Of a DNA stretch of 64,000 nucleotides, positions 1 through 9,701 are shown one piece after another. The notes beneath the pieces were generated by a model, which saw only the letters and a list, made by a program, of their open reading frames with translations, searched no databases and was not told the origin of the DNA. Source of the stretch: Calditrichia bacterium (GTDB lineage: Bacteria > Calditrichota > Calditrichia > JAJRVZ01); assembly GCA_963777955.1 (NCBI GenBank), contig CAVZSQ010000019.1:352001-416000 (forward strand), in the 5' to 3' direction. Position 1 is the stretch's first letter; each line of letters starts with the position of its first letter. Position numbers and translations under genes: made by a program.

Positions 1-1
1 T

Positions 2-2611
2 TTGAAAAACGAGCAAATCAGCAAAAAGTTAGATATATCCATTTTACCTTTTATATCCAAACCAGGAAGATATACAGGGAACGAGCTTAATGTTATCCAG
101 AAATCACCTTCCCGGGTCGATTTACGCTTCCTGATAGCATTTCCTGATCTCTATGAACTCGCGATGTCTTCTCAGGCAGTTGCTGCACTATATCATCTGC
201 TTAATAAACTGGATTATGTCTGGGCCGAACGCGTATTTGCACCCTGGCCTGACCTGGAACAGAAACTGCGTCAATACCAGGTGCCTCTTTTTTCTTTAGA
301 ATCTTTCACGCCGCTCGGTGAATTTGATGTGATCGGTTTTACTCTACAATATGAATTAACTTATACTAATATCCTGAACATGCTCGCCCTGGCAGATATT
401 CCGCTATGGAGCCGCGAACGACTGGATCATCATCCTGTGATTATTGCCGGCGGACCGGGAAGTTCTAATCCTGAGCCTCTGGCCCCATTTTTTGATGCTT
501 TCTACCTGGGGGATGCCGAAGATGGTCTGGAGGAATTATGCGATCTGCTCCGTCAGTGCAAACAGCAAAAAGTCACACGGCCGAATCTCTGGCGCCGCAT
601 GGCGGACCTTCGCGGTGTATATGTACCCGCCTTGTATCAGGACAGTTACAGTGCTGAGGGAACCTTTTCCGGCCTCATACCGCTTCATCCCGGAATACCG
701 GCTGTGGTCCAAACCCGTTTAACTCCGGTTCTGCAGAATCATCATTACACAACCCGGCCCCTGGTCCCGCTGATCGCTACCACGCACGACCGTCTGGCAG
801 TCGAGATCATGCGTGGTTGCAGCAGAGGTTGCCGGTTTTGCAATGCCGGGATGATCTACCGCCCGGTCCGTGAAAGAACGGTTGCCGAGCTGGCCGAATT
901 TACCCGGCAGACTCTGAATAATTCGGGTTATGATGAAGTTTCACTGTTATCCCTCTCCACCTCCGACTATTCTGATCTGGCTGAATTATTAAAAGTCGAA
1001 AATGAGATCTGTACTGATCGCCAGGTGAACATCTCTTTCCCCTCTTTACGGTTGGATAGTTTTTCGGCGGCGATTGCGGAATTAGCCAGTTCAGTCCGTA
1101 AATCGGGATTCACTTTTGCACCGGAAGCAGGCAGCGAGCGCCTGCGCCAGGTGATTAATAAAAATGTCACAACCGTTGACCTGATGCAAGCGGTAGAGAT
1201 TGCCCTGGCCAGAGGCTGGAAGACATTAAAGTTTTATTTCATGGTTGGTTTACCAACAGAAACAGAGGAGGACATACGATCCATTGCTGAATTGGTGCTG
1301 GCCGTGCTTAGAGTCAGTAAAAAATACGGATATATAGAATTACATGTATCCATTTCACCGCATATCCCGAAAGCACACACACCATTTCAATGGGAACGAC
1401 AGGACACTAAAGCAGAATTTCTTCAGAAAATTGATCTGTTGCGCAGCCTGCTTAAATCGCATAAACGGATCAAATTAAACTGGCGTGAATCGCAGGTAGC
1501 AGAAATCGAATGCGCGCTGGGCAGAGGAGACCGTAGATTAGCCCGTGTTATTCATTCCGCCTGGAAACGGGGATCCAGGTTTGACAGCTGGAATGAACAC
1601 TTTAAGTATGATAACTGGACGCAGTCTTTTCAAGAGAACGAAATAGCCATGAGCCCCTATTTACAGGCCATGGCTGAGACCTCGCCCCTGCCCTGGGACC
1701 ATATCGACAAAGGTGTTACCAAAAAGTTTTTATGGACAGAACGAGAAAAAGGCTATCGCGGCCAGAGTACCGGTGATTGCAGAGAAAGTTCCTGTACATG
1801 TTGTGGCTGGCAGCGAAAAAATGGTTTCCGGGAATTCGTCACCTGCTGTGAAGAAAACCGGCCGACTGCCGGTAAAGGCACCAGACAGGCCTCTGGGGCG
1901 GCGGCTAATCCGGCAAACCATGGGGCGGTTAGACATGAGAGTCAGGCACTGCAGACTATCAGGGTTCATTATGAAAAAACCGGCTACATCCGGTTTATTT
2001 CACATCTGGATTGCATGCGATTGTTTGACCGGGCGCTGCGCCGGGCGGAAATACCGGCTGCCTATAGTTCCGGTTATAATCCTCGCCCGAAATTGTCTTT
2101 CAGTCCGGCACTTTCTCTGGGTTATACCAGCAGTGCCGAATATTTTGACCTGGAATTACTGGAAAGTTGCGGGGCTGATCTTAAGGAGCGTTTGAATAAG
2201 GTTCTGCCGGAGGGGCTGACTATCCTGGAAATCAGGATCATCAGTAAGAAAGTACCATCGCTGCAGTCCAGTATTACAACCCTGGTGTATCAGGTCAACT
2301 TAGAAAACAATACTGTCCAGCAATCAGCACTATACAATTTATCGAATCAACCGGATATTTTTATCAGCAGGTTTAATAAAGGCAAGGAACAATCGATCGA
2401 CATCAAACCATTTATCGAATCGATTTCCAGCCATGACGGATTGTTGAAAATACAACTGAACTCCCAACAGGGAAAAACAGTGCGGGTCGAGGACATCCTC
2501 GGTTATCTATTCCAATCCACCAGAGAACAGTTGCCTTTTCTGCCTGTCCACCGGCAAAACCAATTTGTCAAAGTAGCTGATCATTATTACACGCCAATGG
2601 AGATAATTTAA
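2..2611 (+). CDS. TIGR03960-type B12-binding radical SAM protein fused to a C-terminal TIGR03936/DUF2344 radical SAM-linked domain
   Basis: KPGRYTGNELN N-terminus; CxxxCxxC motif (RGCSRGCRFC); FAPEAGSERLR; C-terminal 'YEKTGYIRFISHLD...YSSGYNPRPKLSF' domain; lies upstream of rng-rplU-rpmA. TTG start at the window edge is uncertain. Confidence 0.88.
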   Translation: MKNEQISKKLDISILPFISKPGRYTGNELNVIQKSPSRVDLRFLIAFPDLYELAMSSQAVAALYHLLNKLDYVWAERVFAPWPDLEQKLRQYQVPLFSLESFTPLGEFDVIGFTLQYELTYTNILNMLALADIPLWSRERLDHHPVIIAGGPGSSNPEPLAPFFDAFYLGDAEDGLEELCDLLRQCKQQKVTRPNLWRRMADLRGVYVPALYQDSYSAEGTFSGLIPLHPGIPAVVQTRLTPVLQNHHYTTRPLVPLIATTHDRLAVEIMRGCSRGCRFCNAGMIYRPVRERTVAELAEFTRQTLNNSGYDEVSLLSLSTSDYSDLAELLKVENEICTDRQVNISFPSLRLDSFSAAIAELASSVRKSGFTFAPEAGSERLRQVINKNVTTVDLMQAVEIALARGWKTLKFYFMVGLPTETEEDIRSIAELVLAVLRVSKKYGYIELHVSISPHIPKAHTPFQWERQDTKAEFLQKIDLLRSLLKSHKRIKLNWRESQVAEIECALGRGDRRLARVIHSAWKRGSRFDSWNEHFKYDNWTQSFQENEIAMSPYLQAMAETSPLPWDHIDKGVTKKFLWTEREKGYRGQSTGDCRESSCTCCGWQRKNGFREFVTCCEENRPTAGKGTRQASGAAANPANHGAVRHESQALQTIRVHYEKTGYIRFISHLDCMRLFDRALRRAEIPAAYSSGYNPRPKLSFSPALSLGYTSSAEYFDLELLESCGADLKERLNKVLPEGLTILEIRIISKKVPSLQSSITTLVYQVNLENNTVQQSALYNLSNQPDIFISRFNKGKEQSIDIKPFIESISSHDGLLKIQLNSQQGKTVRVEDILGYLFQSTREQLPFLPVHRQNQFVKVADHYYTPMEII

Positions 2612-2655
2612 AATTTGTGCCGCTGTCGTACCGGCAGGGACGAAAAAGCATTGCT

Positions 2656-4197
2656 ATGAAAAAAGAAATCATTATTAATTCCACGAACGAAGAAACGCGT
2701 ATAGCGATTTTAGAAGACGGGCAGCTGGTCGAGTTATTTGTAGAGCGACCGGAGGCTGAACGCATGGTTGGTGATATTTATAAAGCAAAAGTGAGCCGGG
2801 TACTGCCGGGTATGCAGGCCGCTTTTATTGATGTCGGATTGAGCCAAAACGCCTTTCTGCATTTCTCGGATATTTCCGATGCCACCAATCAATTCCTGGT
2901 TGAACTCGATGATGACGAAGAGGAGAGCGAACATCCCGTAAAAAATATACCGCTCCGGCCGCAGCATGCCCGCCAGGTCGCGCGAAACCTGAAGAAGAAC
3001 CAGGATATTATCGTGCAAATTATGAAAGAACCTATCGGCTCCAAGGGACCGCGGGTTACTTCAGACATTTCCATTCCAGGCCGTTTTGCCGTCCTGGTCC
3101 CCAATCAAAACTATGTCGGTATTTCCAAAAAGATCAGCCATCCCAAAGAGAAAAAACGGCTGCGTACAATTGCCCGGCAGGCTTTGCCAAAAAATTTCGG
3201 TCTGATCATGCGTACCCAGGCGGAGGGTAAATCCGAAAAAGTGATTATGACCGACATCAATGGATTGTTGAAAATCTGGGAAAAAATCGATGCACAGATT
3301 AAAGCCGTGGAAGCACCGTTTCTGGTTTATAAGGATTTTGGTATGGCTTCGTCGATTATCCGGGACCTGTTTACATCGGATGTAAATCACGTGATTATCG
3401 ATTCCCGTAAACAAATGCGCGAAATTAGTTCCTATGTAAAAGATGTCGCTCCGCAATTGAAACACAAAATCGAATACTATTCCAACCGGCTGCCCATCTT
3501 TGAGCATTTTAAAATTGAAGACGAAATTATCCGCACCATGGAATCAAAGGTATGGCTGAAAAATGGAGCCTACGTTGTCATTCAGCAGACCGAAGCGATG
3601 GTGGCAATCGACGTAAACAGCGGAAAATTCATCGGTAAGAAAGATCATGAATTAAATGCCTTGAAAATTAATATGGAGGCAGCCCGGGAAGTCGCCCGCC
3701 AATCGCGTCTGCGCGATCTGGGCGGAATTATCGTAATTGATTTCATCGATATGGAAAACAGTGAAAACCGCATGAAATTGTATCATGAACTGAAACGCGA
3801 GTTTCATAAGGACCGCTCTATTACTAAAATTGAGGAGATCAGCCGCTTCGGAATCGTGGAAATGACGCGTCAAAGAATACGCCCGGGTGTGCTGCATACC
3901 CTGCACGAAGAATGTCCGAACTGCCATGGAACCGGGCTGATTCCGTCGCTGCCCACCATAGTAGCTGCCATAGAACGCTGGATACAGAAGTACCGTGCTT
4001 CGCGCGGAGATCGGCGTATCACCATCCGGGTCAGATCGGATATTTTCGACTATCTGACCAGCGGAAGATTCTCCAGACGGCTACAGTTAATGTGGAAATA
4101 CTGGATTAAAATTAATGTGGTTACTGACAATACTCTGAACTGGCGTGAATTCAAGATGTACGATCGTAAGAATGAACAGGAAATAACCATGAGTTAA
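2656..4197 (+). CDS. rng: Rne/Rng family ribonuclease (RNase G/E catalytic domain)
   Basis: VGDIYKAKVSRVLPGMQAAFIDVG (S1 domain), IDVNSGK, RLRDLGGIIVIDFIDM, CPNCHGTG Zn-link; probable start ATG of MKKEIIIN. Confidence 0.93.
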   Translation: MKKEIIINSTNEETRIAILEDGQLVELFVERPEAERMVGDIYKAKVSRVLPGMQAAFIDVGLSQNAFLHFSDISDATNQFLVELDDDEEESEHPVKNIPLRPQHARQVARNLKKNQDIIVQIMKEPIGSKGPRVTSDISIPGRFAVLVPNQNYVGISKKISHPKEKKRLRTIARQALPKNFGLIMRTQAEGKSEKVIMTDINGLLKIWEKIDAQIKAVEAPFLVYKDFGMASSIIRDLFTSDVNHVIIDSRKQMREISSYVKDVAPQLKHKIEYYSNRLPIFEHFKIEDEIIRTMESKVWLKNGAYVVIQQTEAMVAIDVNSGKFIGKKDHELNALKINMEAAREVARQSRLRDLGGIIVIDFIDMENSENRMKLYHELKREFHKDRSITKIEEISRFGIVEMTRQRIRPGVLHTLHEECPNCHGTGLIPSLPTIVAAIERWIQKYRASRGDRRITIRVRSDIFDYLTSGRFSRRLQLMWKYWIKINVVTDNTLNWREFKMYDRKNEQEITMS

Positions 4198-4200
4198 CAT

Positions 4201-4229
4201 TTGACATAAAGATGAATGTTAATTAAATT
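4201..4229 (+). promoter_or_regulatory. Sigma70-type promoter for rplU-rpmA
   Basis: TTGACA-17 nt-TAAATT ending ~31 nt upstream of the rplU ATG. Confidence 0.6.
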
Positions 4230-4260
4230 AGTAGTTTATAGACTTAATTTGGAGAAAATC

Positions 4261-4791
4261 ATGTACGCAGTTGTTAAAATTGCCGGAAAACAGTTCAGAG
4301 TCGAGAAGGATACTAAAGTAAAAGTACCGCTGTTGCCGGCAGAACCAGGTAAACATGTGCATTTTGATCAGGTTCTGTTATTCCAGAATGAGAAAGGTGA
4401 ACTTTCCATCGGTAATCCGGTACTGGAAAAGGTAAATGTTTCGGCACTGGTACTCAGACATGGCCGGGAAAAAAAGATTATTGTCTACCATAAAAAACGT
4501 CGTAAAGGTTATCAGCGGAAAAAAGGACATCGTCAGGATTTTACACTGCTGGAAATAAAAGATATCGGCATTGGACGCCGGACGGAAAAAGCAATAGAGA
4601 CAGCTGCCGCAGAAAAATCCGTTACAGTGAGCGAGGTTGAAATCACCGCGAGCAAGGGCAAAACAACGGTTGCTGTCAAGCACGCAGAAAAGAAAGCGGT
4701 CCCGGGCAAAGCCAAGGTCGTCAAAGAAGTTAAAAAAGCAACCAAGAAGCCTGCGGCCGAAAAAAAGAAACCTGCGGCAAAGAAGAAATAA
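4261..4791 (+). CDS. rplU: 50S ribosomal protein L21 with Lys/Ala-rich C-terminal extension
   Basis: MYAVVKIAGKQFRV...KKRRKGYQRKKGHRQDFT; GGAG RBS before ATG 4261. Confidence 0.97.
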   Translation: MYAVVKIAGKQFRVEKDTKVKVPLLPAEPGKHVHFDQVLLFQNEKGELSIGNPVLEKVNVSALVLRHGREKKIIVYHKKRRKGYQRKKGHRQDFTLLEIKDIGIGRRTEKAIETAAAEKSVTVSEVEITASKGKTTVAVKHAEKKAVPGKAKVVKEVKKATKKPAAEKKKPAAKKK

Positions 4792-4803
4792 AGGAGAATA
4801 ATC

Positions 4804-5061
4804 ATGGCCCATAAAAAAGGTGTGGGTAGTTCCCGCAACGGACGCGATAGTCAAGGTCAACGCTTAGGTGTAAAAGCATATGGCGGTCAGGTGGTTCAGG
4901 CCGGTACGATCATTTTAAGGCAGCGCGGTACCAGAATCCATCCCGGTCAAAACGTGGGGATGGGCGTGGACGACACTATTTTTGCCAAAATTGACGGCCG
5001 GATTCAGTTCGAGAGAAAAGATAAAAAACGAAAAAAAGTCAGCGTATATCCCGTAGCTTAA
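4804..5061 (+). CDS. rpmA: 50S ribosomal protein L27
   Basis: [24 protein letters not shown] signature. Confidence 0.99.
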   Translation: MAHKKGVGSSRNGRDSQGQRLGVKAYGGQVVQAGTIILRQRGTRIHPGQNVGMGVDDTIFAKIDGRIQFERKDKKRKKVSVYPVA

Positions 5062-5085
5062 ACTTATCCTGCTGATATCACGATA

Positions 5086-5124
5086 GGGGTCGTGGCCGGT
5101 ATCTGCCGCGACCTTTTTATTTTT
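5086..5124 (+). terminator. Rho-independent terminator after rpmA
   Basis: GGTCGTGGC/GCCGCGACC stem, 8-nt loop, followed by TTTTTATTTTT. Confidence 0.8.
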
Positions 5125-5221
5125 AGTTTCCTGAAATATATTGCTTTTGTATCTTTAAGGTATATAGTTCATCCAACGATTTAATACAGAAAAATCTATT
5201 TAAAAGACAAAGGAGATTACC

Positions 5222-5413
5222 ATGACACAGAATGTCGGAGGTTTGGACAAAATTATCCGGATTATTGCCGGATTGATCATCGTGGCTCTGGTCTTTGTCG
5301 GACCCAAAACAGCATGGGGTTGGTTAGGCCTGCTTCCTCTGGCCACGGGAATCTTTAACTTCTGTCCGGCTTACCCCCTGTTGAAACTCTCTACTGCCGG
5401 GAAGAAAGAGTAA
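5222..5413 (+). CDS. DUF2892 (YgaP-like) small membrane protein
   Basis: NVGGLDKIIRII...GLLPLATGIFNFCPAYPLLKLST pattern; AAGGAG RBS. Confidence 0.9.
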   Translation: MTQNVGGLDKIIRIIAGLIIVALVFVGPKTAWGWLGLLPLATGIFNFCPAYPLLKLSTAGKKE

Positions 5414-5449
5414 CGACTTCCGCAGGCTTAAAGATCTTCGACTGAATAG

Positions 5450-6193
5450 ATGGCTTTACAACATTTTTTCGAACAGGAAAAACATACCCGCGATTATCTG
5501 TTACCTTATTTTCAGAAATATATTCCCGATCTGCCGCACTGTAAAGTACTGGAGATCGGTTGTGCCGAAGGCGGATTTCTTAAAGCACTGATTCAGCTCG
5601 GGATGGATGCACGCGGAATTGAACTGAGTGCTGCCCGGGTAGCTATTGCTCTTAAACACACTCCCCCTTTACCCGTGCAGGAGGGTGATATCACCGATCC
5701 GCATATCTGCAAACAAATCGGCGCACAATTTGATCTGATTGTCATGCGCGATGTGCTCGAACACATTCCCAATCGGGAAATCACGTTTGAAAATCTGCGG
5801 ACTTTGCTCAGACCTGCCGGCTATCTCTACATCACTTTTCCGCCGAAATACTCCGCCTACGGCGGCCATCAGCAGAATGCAGGTTCAGCGCTAAAATTAA
5901 TACCTTTTATTCACCTGTTACCTGCAGCGGTAGTAAAAAAAATAGGATTCTGGCTGAGGGAAAAATCCCAAATACCCGAACAGATTTTACAAATTTACCG
6001 GAACAGTATATCCATTCGTGAATTTGAGAAACTCTGTGTCAGGTTTGACTTCGCGTTTAAAATCAAAGGATTGTTTTTTTCACGGCCCATCTTTAAAAGC
6101 CGCTATAAACTGCCGGTTATTCGTTGCCCCAATCTGCCCGTGGTCCGCGAATTTTTTGCCAGCGGTTGTGAATATTTACTGCAAAAAAAATAA
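5450..6193 (+). CDS. Class I SAM-dependent methyltransferase
   Basis: VLEIGCAEG motif I, FDLIVMRDVLEHI, LLRPAGYLYI. Confidence 0.85.
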   Translation: MALQHFFEQEKHTRDYLLPYFQKYIPDLPHCKVLEIGCAEGGFLKALIQLGMDARGIELSAARVAIALKHTPPLPVQEGDITDPHICKQIGAQFDLIVMRDVLEHIPNREITFENLRTLLRPAGYLYITFPPKYSAYGGHQQNAGSALKLIPFIHLLPAAVVKKIGFWLREKSQIPEQILQIYRNSISIREFEKLCVRFDFAFKIKGLFFSRPIFKSRYKLPVIRCPNLPVVREFFASGCEYLLQKK

Positions 6194-7075
6194 TTCAGAA
6201 TCCGGGTCCTTTTCAGCTGCCTGGATTTTAGCAGCTTCCCAGGCTAAAATAACTTTTTTCCGCAGCGGTCCTCCGCCATAATTGCCACTGTTCCCTTCCT
6301 TGCGGATTACCCGGTGACAGGGGATGAGAAATGATACCGGATTGCTGGCAATGGCAGTCCCGACAGCCCGCGCTGCGCCGGGATATCCGATCATGGCCGC
6401 CAGGTCCTCATAGGCCAGTACGCAACCCTGAGGAATACGCAATAGTGCTTCCCAGACCTTAAGTTGAAAATTTGTGCCCTGCAGATGTAAATGAAAGGGC
6501 TGATCACTTTTCCAGGAATGGGGTTGGAAGATCCGTTGCAGCAGTGGTTTCAATTTATCTTCCTGCTCATGAAGTTCAGCCTCAGGCCAGGATCTGCGCA
6601 GCAGGCTGATATATTTTATCCGGTCTCCCACCGCTATAAAATACAGGGCGCAAATTCCCCTGGCTGTGACGGCTAATAAACATGTACCGAAGGGTGTAGG
6701 CAAGAATCCATAGGTAATTTTTAATCCGGCCCCCTGTGCTTTAAATTCTCCCGGAGTGACCGCTTCACACTTTACAAAAAGATCGTGCAGACGCCCGGGT
6801 CCGGATAAACCACTAGCGTAGGCTGCGTCTAACAGGTTTTTTGATTGGCGCAGTACCGTCTTGGCGTATTCCTTGGTCATGAATTGCAGGAAACGTTTCG
6901 GACTGATGCCGACCCAACGCTTGAACATTCTCTGAAAGTGGAATTCACTTAAACCGGCCTGGTGAGCCAGTTGTCCCAATTCGGGCTGCTGGCGGAAATT
7001 TTTGCCCAGATACCTGATGGTTTGTTCGATACGTAAGTAATCGGTTGATTGCCGGCTGAGATCATATTTTTCCAT
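6176..7075 (-). CDS. Ada-like AraC HTH plus methylated-DNA-[protein]-cysteine S-methyltransferase
   Basis: LSEFHFQRMFKRWVGISPKRF HTH; GTNFQLKVWEALLRIP; ARAVGTAIASNP; IPCHRV active site; no N-terminal Zn domain. Confidence 0.92.
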   Translation of the reverse strand: MEKYDLSRQSTDYLRIEQTIRYLGKNFRQQPELGQLAHQAGLSEFHFQRMFKRWVGISPKRFLQFMTKEYAKTVLRQSKNLLDAAYASGLSGPGRLHDLFVKCEAVTPGEFKAQGAGLKITYGFLPTPFGTCLLAVTARGICALYFIAVGDRIKYISLLRRSWPEAELHEQEDKLKPLLQRIFQPHSWKSDQPFHLHLQGTNFQLKVWEALLRIPQGCVLAYEDLAAMIGYPGAARAVGTAIASNPVSFLIPCHRVIRKEGNSGNYGGGPLRKKVILAWEAAKIQAAEKDPDSELFFLQ

Positions 7076-7139
7076 GCTTTTTCCTTTCACAATGATCTCA
7101 AACTAAAAAAAGAAAAAATGATAACCAACCCGATTCTTG

Positions 7140-9003
7140 CTATTCGTACAAGATCATATTTTGTACATACAGATCCTGAAAGTCGGCGCGGCCGGCCAAC
7201 TCTACAAAGCGAGTGCTCGCGGCCAACCAGTCAACCTGTTTCAATTGATCCTGATCGAGCAGAATCCTGCGCGCCCCTTCCAGCGAGGCATTCCCGATAA
7301 AATGAATCCGGTTAAGATCGATTGCGGGTACCAACTTCAAATCGACCGCTGTCCGCGGACGGATAAAGTTACCAAAAGCACCGGCCAGATATACATCTTC
7401 GATCGCCAGCGGTTGAATCCCGGCCAATTGGCATAACACTTGCCAGGCCGAAGTGATTGCAGATTTAGCCAGTTGAAAAGCACGGATGTCCGTTTGGGTC
7501 AGATATATATTTCTTTTTGCTCCCTGCAGCACACCTTCAATCAGCAAGGCATGTTCTCCTCTGTACAGTCCCATTCTCTGCCGGTAAAATTCTATTATTT
7601 CCGCAGTATCGAGGTCGCTTTGTTCATTCCATTTCCCGGTCGACTTTATTATTTTTTTCTGTATCAGTACATCGATTAAATGAAATAATCCACTGCCGCA
7701 AATTCCCCGGGCCGGTTCATCATCGATCGTGTCAACTAATAACTCGCTGCCCTGCCAGTGCGCATCATAGATCGCACCTGACTCAGCACGCATGCCGAAA
7801 CTGATAGAAGCTCCTTCCAGGGCCGGACCGGCCGGGGAGGAAGCGGTCATTCGAATTGAATCTGTTTCTACCACCACCTCGCAATTCGTACCGATATCGA
7901 TCAGTAATTTGGATTTCTTATCCTTCTGCCCAAATCCGGCCACCAGCATATCAGCCAACACATCGCCACCTACAAATCCTCCTAAATTTGGTGTAATCAA
8001 TATATTAGCCCCTGTACTGACGGCCAGGCCCAGATCTGCCGCCCGCTCTTTTCTCAACTCTTTAAAAACCGGGGTATATGGTGCCAGAGCCAGTGATTGC
8101 GGATTGATACCAAGAAATAAGTGGTTCATACCTGCATTCCCGCTCAAAGTCATGAGATACACATTATTCGTAGCCACTTGATGAATCTTGCACAATTCGG
8201 CTACCAGACTGTTTATACCCTGGATAATGACCTTATGCAAATGTTCCAAGCCATCTGCCTGTTGGGAAATATAGGTGAGACGTGAAATCAGGTCGGAACC
8301 AAACCTGGCCTGGGGGTTGATCGAAGCAGCGATATCGATCGTTTCCCCCGACAGTAAATGATGCAAGCTGACCACCACTGTGGTTGTGCCCAGATCTATA
8401 GCCAGGCCAAACGCCTGTTCAACCGTATTCCCCCCTTCAACATCGATGATTTCCTGATCCATAACTGTGACCGTAACTTGATAGTCATTTTCACGCAAAA
8501 CTTCAGGCAACCTTCGTAATACGGGCAAAGAAACAGTGGCCCGGATCTGATATTCCCTTTCGATTTCCTCCTGAACCAGTTGAATATCGCATTTTAAATT
8601 CTGCAGACCTTCGGCGACCGGCAATTTTAGAAAGTATTTTTTTACCGGTGGTCGTATCGCAATTTGTTCCGTCACGGATGTCTTTCAAACCGCTCAGATG
8701 GTTCAGTCTGTTTTCATCGGGAATTAATACCGTACTTGACTGGCCGACAATACTCATACAGGACAGACGCCAACCCTGCTGGATTTCCTGGGGTGTGAAG
8801 AATAACCTGTCCTGATAAGTCGGATCCGGGTACCAATCCATAAATTGAACGGCACATTTGCCACAGGAATGGTTGCCACCACAAGGATATAACAGGTGCA
8901 GATTTAATTCTTCGAATACTTTTTTAAGAGAAACAGGAGATGGAAAAGTATGTTTGATCTTGTCTGGCAGGATCTCAATTTCGAGTGCTTTATTCGCTTT
9001 CAT
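7140..9003 (-). CDS. ASKHA-domain (DUF4445/RACo/RamA-like) protein with N-terminal 2Fe-2S ferredoxin; one frameshift near 8670
   Basis: CGGNHSCGKC...GWRLSC in ORF 8503-9003 joins ORF 7140-8675 carrying GLAIDLGTTT, IDIGTNCE, AGPALEG, GICGSG, AGAFGN, IGNASLEGA. Confidence 0.88.
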
Positions 9004-9028
9004 TATACGATTTGAGAACCAGGCTGGC

Positions 9029-9460
9029 CTATTGCTGCTTTTGGCTTTCCGACTTTTTGCTGACTAAGGCCAGAATATGAAGATTGATTAATTTGTTTTG
9101 TGGATCATTTGTATGTACCCTGATGATCTTGTGAATTTTATCTCTCTTATTTTTTGTATTGAGAGATACCTCCACCTTGCCACTGTCACCCGGAACAACC
9201 ACTTCTGAACTCAGAAGTACTGCCGTACAACCTCAGCCGGGCTCCAGGCGGGTTATACGCAGCGTATCATCACCGGTATTCTTGAATTTAAAAACATGAC
9301 CGACCAGGATTCCTTCAGCCAGCTCGCCAAAATTGAACTCTTCCTGATCAAATATTATTCTGGGCGCATGTTTTGCTGTCTGATCGGATTTGGATTGGGC
9401 ACAAGCCGGTAAGGTTAACGCCAGAGCGATCAATAGAATAGTGTTGAATTTATTTTTCAT
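9029..9460 (-). CDS. DUF1573-domain lipoprotein with in-frame TGA (9235-9233), candidate selenoprotein (U-G-C motif), 143 aa
   Basis: Lipobox-like LTLPAC; FNFGEL...HVFKFKNTGDDTLRITRLEPG-TGA-GCTAVLLSSEVVVPGDSGKVEV...KIIRVHTNDPQ; the frame stays open for 67 codons after the TGA to TAG at 9029. Confidence 0.85.
9195..9235 (-). promoter_or_regulatory. Putative bacterial SECIS hairpin immediately 3' of the in-frame UGA
   Basis: Minus strand: UGA GGUUGUACG GCAGU ACUUCUG AGUU CAGAAGU GGUUGU; perfect 7-bp upper stem (9201-9218) with loop AGUU ~22 nt from the UGA. Confidence 0.7.
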
Positions 9461-9701
9461 ATTGTCTCGATTTCTAAAACTTCCAGACTGCTGCCTAATT
9501 CCGAACAGGGGTTAAATCGTTGTTTTAATAAAAATAATTTAGAAAGTGATCAGTTGCAAGAGAAAGATAATCTATCCCCGGCTCCATACTGATGATCAGG
9601 TGATCATGCCGGGAGCTCAGCTATATTTCAGGAACTTGAGATCCAGGTTCAGAAATGATAAATAGTGTTCAGCTTTTACTAAAATAATCCGAAATATATA
9701 G

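Noticed and set aside
2..2611. Radical SAM/DUF2344 fusion as a novelty
   Set aside because: The fusion and its position before rng-rplU-rpmA are a known conserved arrangement
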